A program made the translations under genes and the position numbers. Below the pieces are notes generated by a model. The model had not been told where the DNA came from. It ran no database searches and was given only the letters and a program-made list of their open reading frames with translations. Source: Chthoniobacteraceae bacterium (GTDB lineage Bacteria; Verrucomicrobiota; Verrucomicrobiia; Chthoniobacterales; Chthoniobacteraceae). From it: DNA of 28,888 nt. Of this stretch, positions 9,551 through 18,368 are shown in pieces. Within the stretch, counting starts at the first letter, position 1. Every line of letters begins with the position of its first letter. Location: NCBI GenBank assembly GCA_031409335.1, contig JANNWY010000164.1, forward strand, positions 1 to 28,888. The letters run 5' to 3'.

Positions 9551-10450
9551 TCATACTTGCGCGGGCGGCGATTGCGCCAGCTTCAGCGCGATGGCTCCTG
9601 CGACTGCGAGCAGACCGCCGGCCACAGCGCGGCGCGTGGGGCGCGTGCCTTCGATGAGCCATGCGAGGATGATCGTGACGACGGGCGAAGTCGCCACGAT
9701 CGGCAGCACCACTCCGCTCGGCGTCGTGGCGAGCGCCCATTGGAAACAGCCGACGCCGATGGCTGGGCCAGCGAGCGCGTTCACCAATGTCCACGGTGCG
9801 GCTGCGCGCCACTGCGGAGCGGCATCCGTCTTTTGGCGGCGTAAAAAAGCAAACGCAATCAGCGTGATGAGCAGACCGCCGAGGATGCGCTGATACGCGG
9901 CGGTGCCGCCGTCGATGGGGAAATGCGCATGCATCGCGACCTCGTTCGCCTTGCGACTGATGACGGCGCCCATCCCCTGCCCCATCGCGGAACCGACACC
10001 CGCGAGGACGCCGATCCAGAAAACGCGCCGCGCGATTTTCACCCCGCGATCCGGCGCGAGCGCGACCGCGACTCCCGCTAGAATAACCACCGCACACCAA
10101 AGCTCCGCCGCCTTCAGCGTCGTGCCAAGCCATGCCCACTCGACGATGGCCGCGAGCGGGGCCGCGAGGCATTGCGTGATGAGGATCGCCAGCCGCGGAC
10201 CGAGCCGCGGCAGCGCGGCAAAGAGCGCCATGTCGCCGAGTCCGAATCCGACGCAGCCGCCGAAGAAAAACCACCACCGCGCCGGTCCATCAAATCCACT
10301 GCCAAAGCCGTGCGCCCAGACCGAAAGGAAAACCGTCGCCAGCACGATGCGCGAAAGATTCGCCCGTGTCCCGCCAAGCAGCTTCGCCGACCGCGCCGCG
10401 AAAATCACGGAAAGCGAAAACAGAATCGTCGTGAGAAACGAGGCGAACAT
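9551..10450 (-). CDS. DMT/EamA-family transporter
   Basis: About 10 hydrophobic segments in two repeats; GFGLGD, GPAIGV. Confidence 0.88.
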   Translation of the reverse strand: MFASFLTTILFSLSVIFAARSAKLLGGTRANLSRIVLATVFLSVWAHGFGSGFDGPARWWFFFGGCVGFGLGDMALFAALPRLGPRLAILITQCLAAPLAAIVEWAWLGTTLKAAELWCAVVILAGVAVALAPDRGVKIARRVFWIGVLAGVGSAMGQGMGAVISRKANEVAMHAHFPIDGGTAAYQRILGGLLITLIAFAFLRRQKTDAAPQWRAAAPWTLVNALAGPAIGVGCFQWALATTPSGVVLPIVATSPVVTIILAWLIEGTRPTRRAVAGGLLAVAGAIALKLAQSPPAQV

Positions 10451-10552
10451 GCGGCGGGCGCGCAGTAAGGCGCAGGCCCGCCGGGCTGTCGAGCGCCCTG
10501 GCTTAGTGGAGCAGCGTCATCAGCGAGCGGCGCGCTGGCTGCCGATCCTGCG

Positions 10553-12433
10553 CTACTTGCTGCCGTCGCGGATGAGTTCCGCCAAATTATATTTCGTGTA
10601 GCGCGTGTGGCTCGCGACGTTCTTTGCGTCAGCGTTGGCGACCCAGAAGTCGAGGGACTTTGGGGCAAAGAGGACGCTCTGAATGTTTGAACTCATGCAG
10701 ACCGGGCTGGACATGAGTTCGCGCGCGGAATCGGCGGTGAGCTTGCCGTGCTGCGATTGCACGCGGCGGGCGAGTTCCTCGTAGCGGTCGCCCGCCGACA
10801 TCAGCACCGCGTCCTTGACCGCGTGCGGGAGTTGCGGGTGCGATTCGCCATTCCAGATGACTTCGATTTTCTCCGGCGTGCAGGCGAGGCCGCAGGCTTT
10901 CATGCTCTTGGCGTCGGAGATGACGTAGTAGTATTCGCAGGTGCGCGGGCCTTTTTTGAAGACCTCGATCGCTTGCTCGATCGTGTCGCAATTCTCCATC
11001 ACCTCGCGCAGCAGTTGCGCCATCGGTTTGCCATCCCAGTTCCCTTCGCCGCGCCCGCCCATTTCGCCGATCGCGAGATGCTTTTCATTCATCGCGGTGA
11101 CGCTGCCGACGAAGCCCGCGTAGCCGCAATTCACCCACGCGTTGCCTTTCTCCGGCTGCGTGACGATGACCGCGGCGTTTTGTTCGAGCCCCATGCCTTT
11201 GAGGTAATCGAGGATGCGGCCGTGATACATCTGACCGTCAGCGGTGGCGCTGCCGTGGATGGCGAATCCGGAGCAGTGGAAAAGTTCGGGGAAAACATTG
11301 GCGAGGCGGATTTCCTGCGGGTGCAATCCGGCGGCTTCCGCCATCGCATCCATTTCGCGGGTGAACCGTTCGCTGATGAATGGCGAGAGCCGTTTCTGCG
11401 CGCTTTCGATTTCCCCGAAGAACCAGCGCCCCTTTTCAAACGAACTCCCAACGCCGACGCCGTAGAGCACGCGATCCACGAGGTGCTGCACTTCCTTTTT
11501 CATCAGCGTGCCGTGCTGTTTGCCCATCTCCTCCGGCGTGCCTTTCAGAAAAAGCACGCGCGTGCCGTCGCGTTGTTCGAGTCTGCCTGCGCCTTCGGTG
11601 GCGAGGATTTTCGTGACGCCATCCGCATCGCCGAGCGTGGGGATTTTTTCGGTGAGCGTGGCGACGAAGCTGGACGCGAAATTCGCGAGATGCGCGAGCG
11701 CGACTTTCTGGATCGTGTCGCCGGGCTTCGATGGGATTTCCCAGTCGGATTCTTCCGCCTCCGTGGTGTCGGCGTGCTCCACATCGAAGACGATTTTCAT
11801 CCCCGCGCCGTCATCGAAGCTGAGTCGGCGCGGCTTCAGATCGTCGGCGGCAGTGGTGATGCCGAGGCGCAGGCCAGGGAGCTTAAATGCTTGCCGCGCT
11901 TCTGGCGTCGCTTGCGCGGTGAGGATGCGGACGGATTCGCCGTTGAGCGTACCGTCCTTTACGTCGGCCTTCACGAGCATGGGCAGGAGCGCGATTTGGT
12001 TTTGCTCCACGGGCAGGCCGATCTTGTCGAGCTTCGGATGCGTGGCGCTCGTCGGGTCGGCGGTAAAGCGCGGAATCTCGGGCGAACCGAGCAGGCCGAA
12101 CTTTTTCGACGCCACGTAAAACCAAATCTCGTCCGGTCCCCGACGACCAATGACTAGGTCGGTATCCATGACGTGTGCCGTGATTTTCAAATGATCCGGC
12201 GCGCGGAAAAGGATCGAGATTTTCTCTCCAATAAGTTCCTTCGGAACGCCGGTGGCTTCGACGATCGCGAGGTCGAGTTCGATGGTCTTCGCTTCGTCGG
12301 CGGACGGCGGGTTCAGATACTTCAGCGCCTCCGGCAGGAGTCGCGCGAGGAAGTTTGCGGGAACCAGATCATCGGCGCGGATTGGGGCCGCAAGAAGGGC
12401 GAGACTCGTGAAGAGGAGGATGAGTTTTTTCAT
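10553..12433 (-). CDS. Secreted C45-family (Ntn) autoproteolytic hydrolase/acyltransferase with an extra N-terminal domain
   Basis: Signal peptide MKKLILL, LKGTPEEMGKQHG, H|CSGFA nucleophile, HGRILDY, GSVTAMNE. Confidence 0.82.
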   Translation of the reverse strand: MKKLILLFTSLALLAAPIRADDLVPANFLARLLPEALKYLNPPSADEAKTIELDLAIVEATGVPKELIGEKISILFRAPDHLKITAHVMDTDLVIGRRGPDEIWFYVASKKFGLLGSPEIPRFTADPTSATHPKLDKIGLPVEQNQIALLPMLVKADVKDGTLNGESVRILTAQATPEARQAFKLPGLRLGITTAADDLKPRRLSFDDGAGMKIVFDVEHADTTEAEESDWEIPSKPGDTIQKVALAHLANFASSFVATLTEKIPTLGDADGVTKILATEGAGRLEQRDGTRVLFLKGTPEEMGKQHGTLMKKEVQHLVDRVLYGVGVGSSFEKGRWFFGEIESAQKRLSPFISERFTREMDAMAEAAGLHPQEIRLANVFPELFHCSGFAIHGSATADGQMYHGRILDYLKGMGLEQNAAVIVTQPEKGNAWVNCGYAGFVGSVTAMNEKHLAIGEMGGRGEGNWDGKPMAQLLREVMENCDTIEQAIEVFKKGPRTCEYYYVISDAKSMKACGLACTPEKIEVIWNGESHPQLPHAVKDAVLMSAGDRYEELARRVQSQHGKLTADSARELMSSPVCMSSNIQSVLFAPKSLDFWVANADAKNVASHTRYTKYNLAELIRDGSK

Positions 12434-12567
12434 GGGAATCGAGGAACTCGGGGGCTTTGTCTGGAGACGCACAAATGTCCGTCCGCGCAGGGTCGGAGTC
12501 GATAAATATCGCGCGGTCGAAAAGCCAAACGCTGGCAAATCGGCGGAGAGGTCACTATGTTCCGCGC

Positions 12568-13233
12568 ATGTCGATGCTTGTTGAGAACCCGACCCCGCCT
12601 GCGCGTCGCGTGCGGAAACCGCTGCCGCTTGAAAACGGCGACAGGCTCACGTCCGCCGAGTTTCTCCGGCGATACGAGGCGATGCCGGAAATCAACAAAG
12701 CCGAGCTCATCGAAGGTCACGTTCATATGGCTCCACCACTCCGCGCCGACGCGCACTCCGAACCCGACATGTTCATTCATCTTTGGCTGGGTTATTACGC
12801 CTCCTGTCAACGGAATGTAAAAGCCTACGCGAATCCCACATTGGTTCTCGATGCCGACAATACGCCGCAGCCCGACAGCGTCCTCTGCACCGCGCCGCGG
12901 CGCGGCAGCCATGTTTGGCTGAATGAAAAAGGCTACCTTTGCGGGCGGCCTGAACTCGTCTGCGAAGTCGCCGCGAGCAGCGCTTCCATCGACTTGCACG
13001 ACAAGCTGAATGCCTACCGTCGCAACGGGATCGCGGAGTATCTCGTGTGGGTGGTCGCCGAGCGGCGCATCCGGTGGTTTGCGCTCGTCGAGCAGGAATA
13101 CGTCGAGATGAAGGAACGCGCCGGAGTCGTCGTGAGCCGCGTTTTTCCAAAGCTCGCGCTGGACGTGAAAGCCGCGCTCAAACTCGACGGCGCGAAAGTC
13201 CTCGCGACTCTGCGCCGCCATCTCGGCAAGTAA
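12568..13233 (+). CDS. Uma2-family (PDDEXK) endonuclease
   Basis: PLENGDRL...KAELIEGHV, QPD, PELVCEVAASS, DLHDK...Y.RNGIAEYLVW. Confidence 0.92.
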   Translation: MSMLVENPTPPARRVRKPLPLENGDRLTSAEFLRRYEAMPEINKAELIEGHVHMAPPLRADAHSEPDMFIHLWLGYYASCQRNVKAYANPTLVLDADNTPQPDSVLCTAPRRGSHVWLNEKGYLCGRPELVCEVAASSASIDLHDKLNAYRRNGIAEYLVWVVAERRIRWFALVEQEYVEMKERAGVVVSRVFPKLALDVKAALKLDGAKVLATLRRHLGK

Positions 13234-13235
13234 CG

Positions 13236-14069
13236 TCAGCCGCCGAAGGCCTGGTAACGCCGAATCCCGCGCGTCCACATGACGTGCGCGATGAGCCACA
13301 CGACCGCCAGCCATCCGGCTTGGATCGCGAGACCTTCCCACATCGCCGCGCCGCGGATGCGTTCCATCGCGATCTGCGCGGGGAAGTAGAGTTCGTAGGT
13401 AAAGGGCGACCATTTGACGAAGCCCTGCATCCAGGCCGGTAGAATATCGAGCGGGAAGACGTGGCCGCTCAGGAAATACTCGAAGGAGTAGAGGATGAAA
13501 ACAATCGTGGAGATTTCCAGAATCCAGAACGCGAGCATCGCCGTGGCGTAGGCGATGAAGAACTGGATGCCCGCAGCCATGAGCGTGGAAAGCGCGAGCA
13601 CGGGCCACGTGACCGCGTGCTCGGGCAGCGCGATGTGTTCCCGAAAAACGACCGCGAGAATGACGATGGGGATGAAAACGACGGCGATGTAGAGCAGCCG
13701 GTAGCTGAGGTAGGCGGTGATGCGGTAGAGCAGGTAGTTCATCGGTTTGATGAGATACGCGCTGATTTTTCCATCGCGGATTTCCCCCGCGATCTGCCAT
13801 TCGTCCTCGGTGGGGGTGATGAGGTTGTCGATGAAGACCGTGACCATGAAGTAGTAGACCATGGACGAGTAATCGTAGCCCGAGATGGGCTTGCCGCTCG
13901 CGTCGAAGACGGCTCGCCAGATGAAGATCATGCCGACGAGCGGGACGATGCCGAAGATGGTGCGGAGGAGAAAATTCCAGCGATAGACGAAGGTGTTTTG
14001 GAGGCCGATGTCGAAGAGCTTCCAGTATTTGGGGAAGCGGCGAGTTGAGAGCTGGGAGTTGGGAGCCAC
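13236..14069 (-). CDS. ABC-2 family (DUF990-like) transporter permease
   Basis: YRWNF, EIRDGKISAYLIKP, LSGHVFPLDILP, GIRRYQAFGG. Confidence 0.88.
   Translation of the reverse strand: MAPNSQLSTRRFPKYWKLFDIGLQNTFVYRWNFLLRTIFGIVPLVGMIFIWRAVFDASGKPISGYDYSSMVYYFMVTVFIDNLITPTEDEWQIAGEIRDGKISAYLIKPMNYLLYRITAYLSYRLLYIAVVFIPIVILAVVFREHIALPEHAVTWPVLALSTLMAAGIQFFIAYATAMLAFWILEISTIVFILYSFEYFLSGHVFPLDILPAWMQGFVKWSPFTYELYFPAQIAMERIRGAAMWEGLAIQAGWLAVVWLIAHVMWTRGIRRYQAFGG
14042..14065 (-). repeat. Heptamer micro-array CTC(C/T)CA(A/G) x3 at the 5' end of the ABC-2 permease
   Basis: Sense strand CTCCCAA CTCCCAG CTCTCAA CTC; encodes PNSQLST. Confidence 0.7.
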
Positions 14070-14105
14070 GGGTTCTTTGTGGTGCGATTAGACTAGATGG
14101 GGAAG

Positions 14106-14363
14106 TCAACCGACTACGTGCCGGATGTCGAAGATGTGAATGAGTTTTCTGGAATGGTCGGTCAGATAGCCAATGGCGAAGGTGCCGACTTTCATCCAAA
14201 ACAGTGAACGACCACTCACATCACTCCCGTAAAAATCGGCGCTGCGCCGAGGATCTTCGGCGAGGGATTCGATCGCGTGGAGAAGGCGGGTCGTCTGCGC
14301 ATCCTCGCAAGCCAGCGCGCCCAGCACGGCGGCCCGGTGGAGCACGTAATCGTAGCGGGGCAT
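14106..14363 (-). CDS. Putative RelE/ParE-fold toxin
   Basis: 85 aa; 'IESLAEDP' helix followed by beta strands 'KVGTFAIGY..D...KLIHIFDIRH'. Abuts the upstream small acidic ORF (TAG-ATG). Confidence 0.6.
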   Translation of the reverse strand: MPRYDYVLHRAAVLGALACEDAQTTRLLHAIESLAEDPRRSADFYGSDVSGRSLFWMKVGTFAIGYLTDHSRKLIHIFDIRHVVG

Positions 14364-14576
14364 CTAAGGCTGGCTGATCCCGCGCTGGCGGAGGGTCGCG
14401 GCAAACTCTTCGCGGCTGACGTGGTTTCCCTGTTCCATTTCGGCGATGCGCTCCGTCATCTCGCTGCGGAAAGCGGGATCGTTGTTCAATTCGATCATCT
14501 TCAACCGCCACGCGAGGGCCTGGCGTTCTTCGGGGGTCCAGCGGGCAACTTCGTCGAAAACTTCGGCTACGCTCAT
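14364..14576 (-). CDS. Putative antitoxin (addiction-module component type)
   Basis: 70 aa acidic helical protein: MSVAEV..EV....PEERQAL...RIAEMEQG..VSREE. Confidence 0.65.
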   Translation of the reverse strand: MSVAEVFDEVARWTPEERQALAWRLKMIELNNDPAFRSEMTERIAEMEQGNHVSREEFAATLRQRGISQP

Positions 14577-14582
14577 GGCGCT

Positions 14583-14610
14583 AGAATGCCGGTGGTGGCA
14601 CCGGGGGCAA
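14583..14610 (-). promoter_or_regulatory. Candidate TA promoter (TTGCCC-16-CATTCT) whose spacer is the palindrome CCGGTG-N4-CACCGG
   Basis: Inverted repeat at 14589-14604. The -10-like hexamer ends 6 nt before the ATG. Confidence 0.5.
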
Positions 14611-14617
14611 CTCGTAT

Positions 14618-15565
14618 TTAGTCCAATTCCGCAGCCAGACGGATGGCGGCGATCATCGAATCGGGACGGGCGAGTTTATGACCGGCGATCTCGAAGGCGG
14701 TACCGTGGTCGGGCGAGGTCCGGGGGAAGGGGAGGCCGAGGGTGACGTTCACGCCTTCGTCGAAGGCGTGCAGTTTTAGCGGGATGAGGCCCTGGTCGTG
14801 ATACATGCAGAGCACGCCGTCGAATTCGCCCGCGACGGCGCGATTGAAGACGGTGTCGGGGGAGATGGGGCCGAGGAATTGCGGATTGCGGATTGCGGAT
14901 TGCGGATTGTTCAGTGCGTGGATCGCAGGTGAAATGATTTCGATTTCTTCGCGGCCCAGCGTGCCGCTTTCGCCGGCGTGCGGATTGAGCCCGGCGATGG
15001 CGATGCGCGGCTCGCGACGGAGCCGTGTGGTGAGAAAGGTGTGGAGCAGTTTTCCCACGCGTACGACCTCGTCCGCGGAAAGCAGCGCGGCGACATCCTT
15101 CAGCGGCACGTGCGCGGTGACGAGCGCCACGGTAAGCGCGCCGCCGGTGAGGCACATTGCGAAATTTTCCACGCCCGCACGCTTCGCATAAAACTCCGTC
15201 TGCCCCGGAAACTCGAAGCCGACGGCCTGCATCCGCGCTTTGTGAATCGGCCCCGTCACCACCGCCGCGATCTCGCCGCGCCGGAGCAATTCCACCGATT
15301 CCTCCAGCGCCGCGCGCGCGGCCCGCGCGGTGTCCGGCGTGGGCTCGCCTGCGACCGCATTCCCCCGCTCGCCAATGACGCGATAAGAAAATGCCGGGTC
15401 CAGTTTTCCCGAAGCCAGCGCGGCATCCACGATCTCCGGCCCGATGCCAGCAGGATCGCCAAGCGTGATGCCGATCGTACGGAGTCGAAGGTCGAGGGTC
15501 GAAGGTCGAAGGGGCTCGGATGCCGCGGCCTTCGATCTTCGGCCTTCGGCTTTCGATTTCATCAA
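14618..15565 (-). CDS. pdxA: 4-hydroxythreonine-4-phosphate dehydrogenase
   Basis: ITLGDPAGIGPEI, TGPIHK, GLNPHAGE, MYHDQGLIP, RTSPDHGTAF; downstream of surA. Confidence 0.96.
   Translation of the reverse strand: MMKSKAEGRRSKAAASEPLRPSTLDLRLRTIGITLGDPAGIGPEIVDAALASGKLDPAFSYRVIGERGNAVAGEPTPDTARAARAALEESVELLRRGEIAAVVTGPIHKARMQAVGFEFPGQTEFYAKRAGVENFAMCLTGGALTVALVTAHVPLKDVAALLSADEVVRVGKLLHTFLTTRLRREPRIAIAGLNPHAGESGTLGREEIEIISPAIHALNNPQSAIRNPQFLGPISPDTVFNRAVAGEFDGVLCMYHDQGLIPLKLHAFDEGVNVTLGLPFPRTSPDHGTAFEIAGHKLARPDSMIAAIRLAAELD
14878..14909. repeat. Perfect heptamer array (ATTGCGG)4.5 inside pdxA
   Basis: Direct reading; encodes NPQSAIRNPQF on the minus strand. Confidence 0.95.
15484..15560. repeat. 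Inverted pair of heptamer arrays (GTCGAAG)4 / (CTTCGRY)4 in the 5' end of pdxA
   Basis: Arms at 15484-15511 and 15530-15560; encode KSKAEGRRSK and LRPSTLDLR. Confidence 0.9.
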
Positions 15566-16524
15566 AACATCTTAATGAAAGCCTTCTTCCGCAGCTTCGC
15601 AGCCCACTCCGTCATCGCCGCCTGCCGCTGTTGCTGGAGTAGTTCCCGCTCGATATCATCCCGCATCGCGCTCAACGGCTTGGTCTCGGCGTTTTTCTTT
15701 TCCTCAACGAGGAGCAGAAAGTAGCTGTTGCCGAGTTCGATGATCTGGCTCACCTGGCCGGGCTTGAGCGAAAACGCGATCTTCGAAAGACCGTCGCTGA
15801 GCGTGCGTCGGTTCACCCAGCCCCAGTCGCCGCCGTTGTCCTGATTCGAATCCTCCGAATACATTTTCGCGAGATCCTGAAATTCCGCGCCCGCGACGAT
15901 CTTCTCGCGGATTTCCTCGGTCATCTTCCTGCGACCGACATTGGCGGTGTCACCCTTGCGGATCGCGATCATGCGCAACTTGATCTGCTCTTCGCTGGTG
16001 TACTTGGCTTTGTTCGCCTGGTAGAAGTTTTGAATCTTGTCCGCGGACACCGAGTTGTCGCCCTTCACCATCTGCCCGCGCATCGCCGAAACGATCATTT
16101 TTTCGGTCTCCGCCTGCTTGAATTTCTCCATCGTAAAACCCTGCGCCGCGAGCGTGCGCGTGAACGCCCCGCGATCGCCGCCAAATTCCTCGCGCACGAT
16201 CGTCGCGATGCGGTCGTCCACGTAGTGCTGCGGGATGTTAAATTTCTGCTTCTTGAATTCCTGCAACGTCAACTGCCGGTCGATGAGGTCGTTGATCGCC
16301 CTCAGCCGGATCTCTTTGATTTTCTCGACGAGTTCGTTGCCCTTGAATTGATCGCGCGCCGCCTTCTCGATCGGCCCCACGAGATCGCGCACTTGGGAGA
16401 AAGTGATCACGTCGTCGTTCACAACGGCGGCGATGCCATCGAGCACCTCCTGCGCGTTATTTTTCTGTGGAAAAACACAGGCTGCAAAAGCGAGGGCGGC
16501 GGTGAAGGCAAGGCGTCTGGACAT
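15562..16524 (-). CDS. surA: SurA-like parvulin peptidyl-prolyl isomerase/chaperone
   Basis: Signal peptide, DGIAAVVNDDVIT, FQDLAKMYSED..GGDWGW, LKPGQVS; coupled to pdxA. Confidence 0.85.
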   Translation of the reverse strand: MSRRLAFTAALAFAACVFPQKNNAQEVLDGIAAVVNDDVITFSQVRDLVGPIEKAARDQFKGNELVEKIKEIRLRAINDLIDRQLTLQEFKKQKFNIPQHYVDDRIATIVREEFGGDRGAFTRTLAAQGFTMEKFKQAETEKMIVSAMRGQMVKGDNSVSADKIQNFYQANKAKYTSEEQIKLRMIAIRKGDTANVGRRKMTEEIREKIVAGAEFQDLAKMYSEDSNQDNGGDWGWVNRRTLSDGLSKIAFSLKPGQVSQIIELGNSYFLLLVEEKKNAETKPLSAMRDDIERELLQQQRQAAMTEWAAKLRKKAFIKMF

Positions 16525-16611
16525 GGTGCGAATGGAGTGCGGCGGCGGTTTTCGGCGGGCCGAAAATGAGAGCATCGCGCGCGGATAGTCAAGGGCGCGA
16601 TCCCCGGCGGA

Positions 16612-17550
16612 TCAACGCCGCGAGCCGATGAAAAGGACTGGACGTTTTTTACCCAGCGAGGGATCGAGATCGGTGCTCAGCTTGATGCCCGCGGAGACGA
16701 GCGCGGAGAAGATCGTGGTGACTTCCGCCGGCGGCGGGAAGGTGCCGGACGAAAGCGTCAGGCCGGTCTGATCCGGCCCCACTTTCACCTCGGTGAGCCC
16801 CGTGATTTCCCATCCCGCGGAGACAAAGGCTTCCTTTAGCGCGGTGGCGAAATTCATCGCGTCCGCGTTTCCCACGGGCACCTGGATTGCGAGCGCGCCG
16901 TTTTGAAATGAGCGCAACCGCTGGAGCAGCTTGTCCTTTTGCCAGGGCTCGACGCCGAGGCTCGAGCTCGCGGCGATGGTGGAAGCCGGTTCCGGGCTGG
17001 CGGATTTGGGCATCACCGGCACGGGGGTGGACGGTGCGCGCGAGGGAAGTTTTTCGGCGACCGGCGCTGGCGGTGGCATTTTTTCCAGGATTTCGATTGC
17101 CGCGGTCTGTGGTGCGGATTCCGTCTTCAGTGGTGCTGATCTTTCCACCGGCGCTGCCGCCGCAGCGATTGGGGGAAGCTTTTCCGCGACCGGCGGCGGG
17201 AGCGGCGCAGCGTCCCGGATTTCCATCGTGGCGACGACCGGGGCGGGCGTGGGCTCCGGGGCGGGCGGCTTTTCGGGGATCGGCGGGAGCGCCGGATCGG
17301 GATTCAGTGAAAGCTGCCGGGCAGTGACTTCATCGAGCGGCTCGGTGAGCGCCGTGATCCTCGAATCCTCGCCAGCATCGCGCACGGGCAGGTCGGGTTC
17401 GCTCGCTTCGATCCGCGCCGAGCTTTGCATGCGTCCGGATCGCTCGCTGCCGCCGCTGAAAAAATACGCACCGAAGCCGCCGAGCGCGGACAGCAGGAAT
17501 CCGACGACCATCACCCCCACGCTGAGGGACTGCAAAGCTTCGAGTTTCAT
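16612..17550 (-). CDS. Hypothetical membrane-anchored protein with Pro/Ala-rich linker and globular C-terminal domain
   Basis: N-terminal TM segment, repeated PPP(AP)VAEKLP, about 110-aa alpha/beta tail. Confidence 0.7.
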   Translation of the reverse strand: MKLEALQSLSVGVMVVGFLLSALGGFGAYFFSGGSERSGRMQSSARIEASEPDLPVRDAGEDSRITALTEPLDEVTARQLSLNPDPALPPIPEKPPAPEPTPAPVVATMEIRDAAPLPPPVAEKLPPIAAAAAPVERSAPLKTESAPQTAAIEILEKMPPPAPVAEKLPSRAPSTPVPVMPKSASPEPASTIAASSSLGVEPWQKDKLLQRLRSFQNGALAIQVPVGNADAMNFATALKEAFVSAGWEITGLTEVKVGPDQTGLTLSSGTFPPPAEVTTIFSALVSAGIKLSTDLDPSLGKKRPVLFIGSRR

Positions 17551-17608
17551 CTGCCTCGCATATAGGAACGCGCGCGCGGCGTGGCGAGCGGAAATATTGC
17601 CGCGCCAC

Positions 17609-18190
17609 TCATCGCGCGATCCCGGTGGATTTGTTTTTCAATCCCGCGACCTGCGATTGCGCGCGCGCGACCAGGGTTTTGCTGCCGATGCCTGCGGCGA
17701 GGAGCTGGCGCTGGCGCTTGAGATTGAGTTCTGCGGCGGCGAGTTCGGCGCGCTGCCATGCGGCGGCGGCGAGTTCGGCGGCCGTTGCGGCGGCATGGGT
17801 GATTGCCTCGGCGGCGGCGAGTTGTTCCTGGGAAAGTTTGCCCGTTTCAAAGTCCACGCGCTTTGCGGCGGACTCGAGTTTTGCCGATTCCAGTCGCGCC
17901 CTGGCGAGATCGGATTCGAGGCGGATCACTTTCAGCGCGCGCTTTTCCGCCTCCACTTTCGCGATGATCCCCGCGCGGAACATCCGCTCGCCGGACGCGG
18001 CGCTCTTTTTCGCGCGAGCCAGCGCGGATTCGATTTTTGCGGTGCTATCCGCAGGATCGAGCGCCGCGGACAGATCGGGCAGCAGGCCAGGCTCGAAGTC
18101 CATTGCCTCGCCCGTTTGCTTGTGCGGGAGTTCGTCCGCAGCGTTGCCGGAGGCGATTGCGAAAGCGGCTAGTAGCGTGGCGAGGCGCAT
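17609..18190 (-). CDS. Hypothetical secreted coiled-coil protein
   Basis: Signal peptide MRLATLLAAFAIA; repeated helix-G-x-x-(A/S)-helix hairpins. The ORF-track extension to 18262 is repeat-derived. Confidence 0.7.
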   Translation of the reverse strand: MRLATLLAAFAIASGNAADELPHKQTGEAMDFEPGLLPDLSAALDPADSTAKIESALARAKKSAASGERMFRAGIIAKVEAEKRALKVIRLESDLARARLESAKLESAAKRVDFETGKLSQEQLAAAEAITHAAATAAELAAAAWQRAELAAAELNLKRQRQLLAAGIGSKTLVARAQSQVAGLKNKSTGIAR

Positions 18191-18196
18191 CGGTGG

Positions 18197-18367
18197 GAAA
18201 TTCCAAGTTCCAAATTCCAAGCTCCAAATAAATTTCAGTGAAGGAAAGGCTGCAAATTTCAATCGCTCGGAGCCCGCGATGGGCGCGGCACTTCGTTTTG
18301 AAATTTTCCCCGGCTTTCCGCCCTTTGAAATTTATTTGGAGCTTGGATTTTGGCTCTTGGAATTTTC
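18197..18367. repeat. About 170-bp hairpin element with (T/C)TCCAA(A/G) heptamer arms
   Basis: Perfect 22-bp inverted core TCCAAGCTCCAAATAAATTTCA (18216-18237) / TGAAATTTATTTGGAGCTTGGA (18326-18347), plus an inner AAATTTCAA/TTGAAATTT pair. Confidence 0.92.
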
Positions 18368-18368
18368 T

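Noticed and set aside
12430..14199. Long alternative-frame ORFs (589 aa here; also 10748-12157, 16931-18172, 17625-18902, 21760-22845)
   Set aside because: Shadow frames of well-supported genes in GC-rich DNA, with no recognisable motifs.
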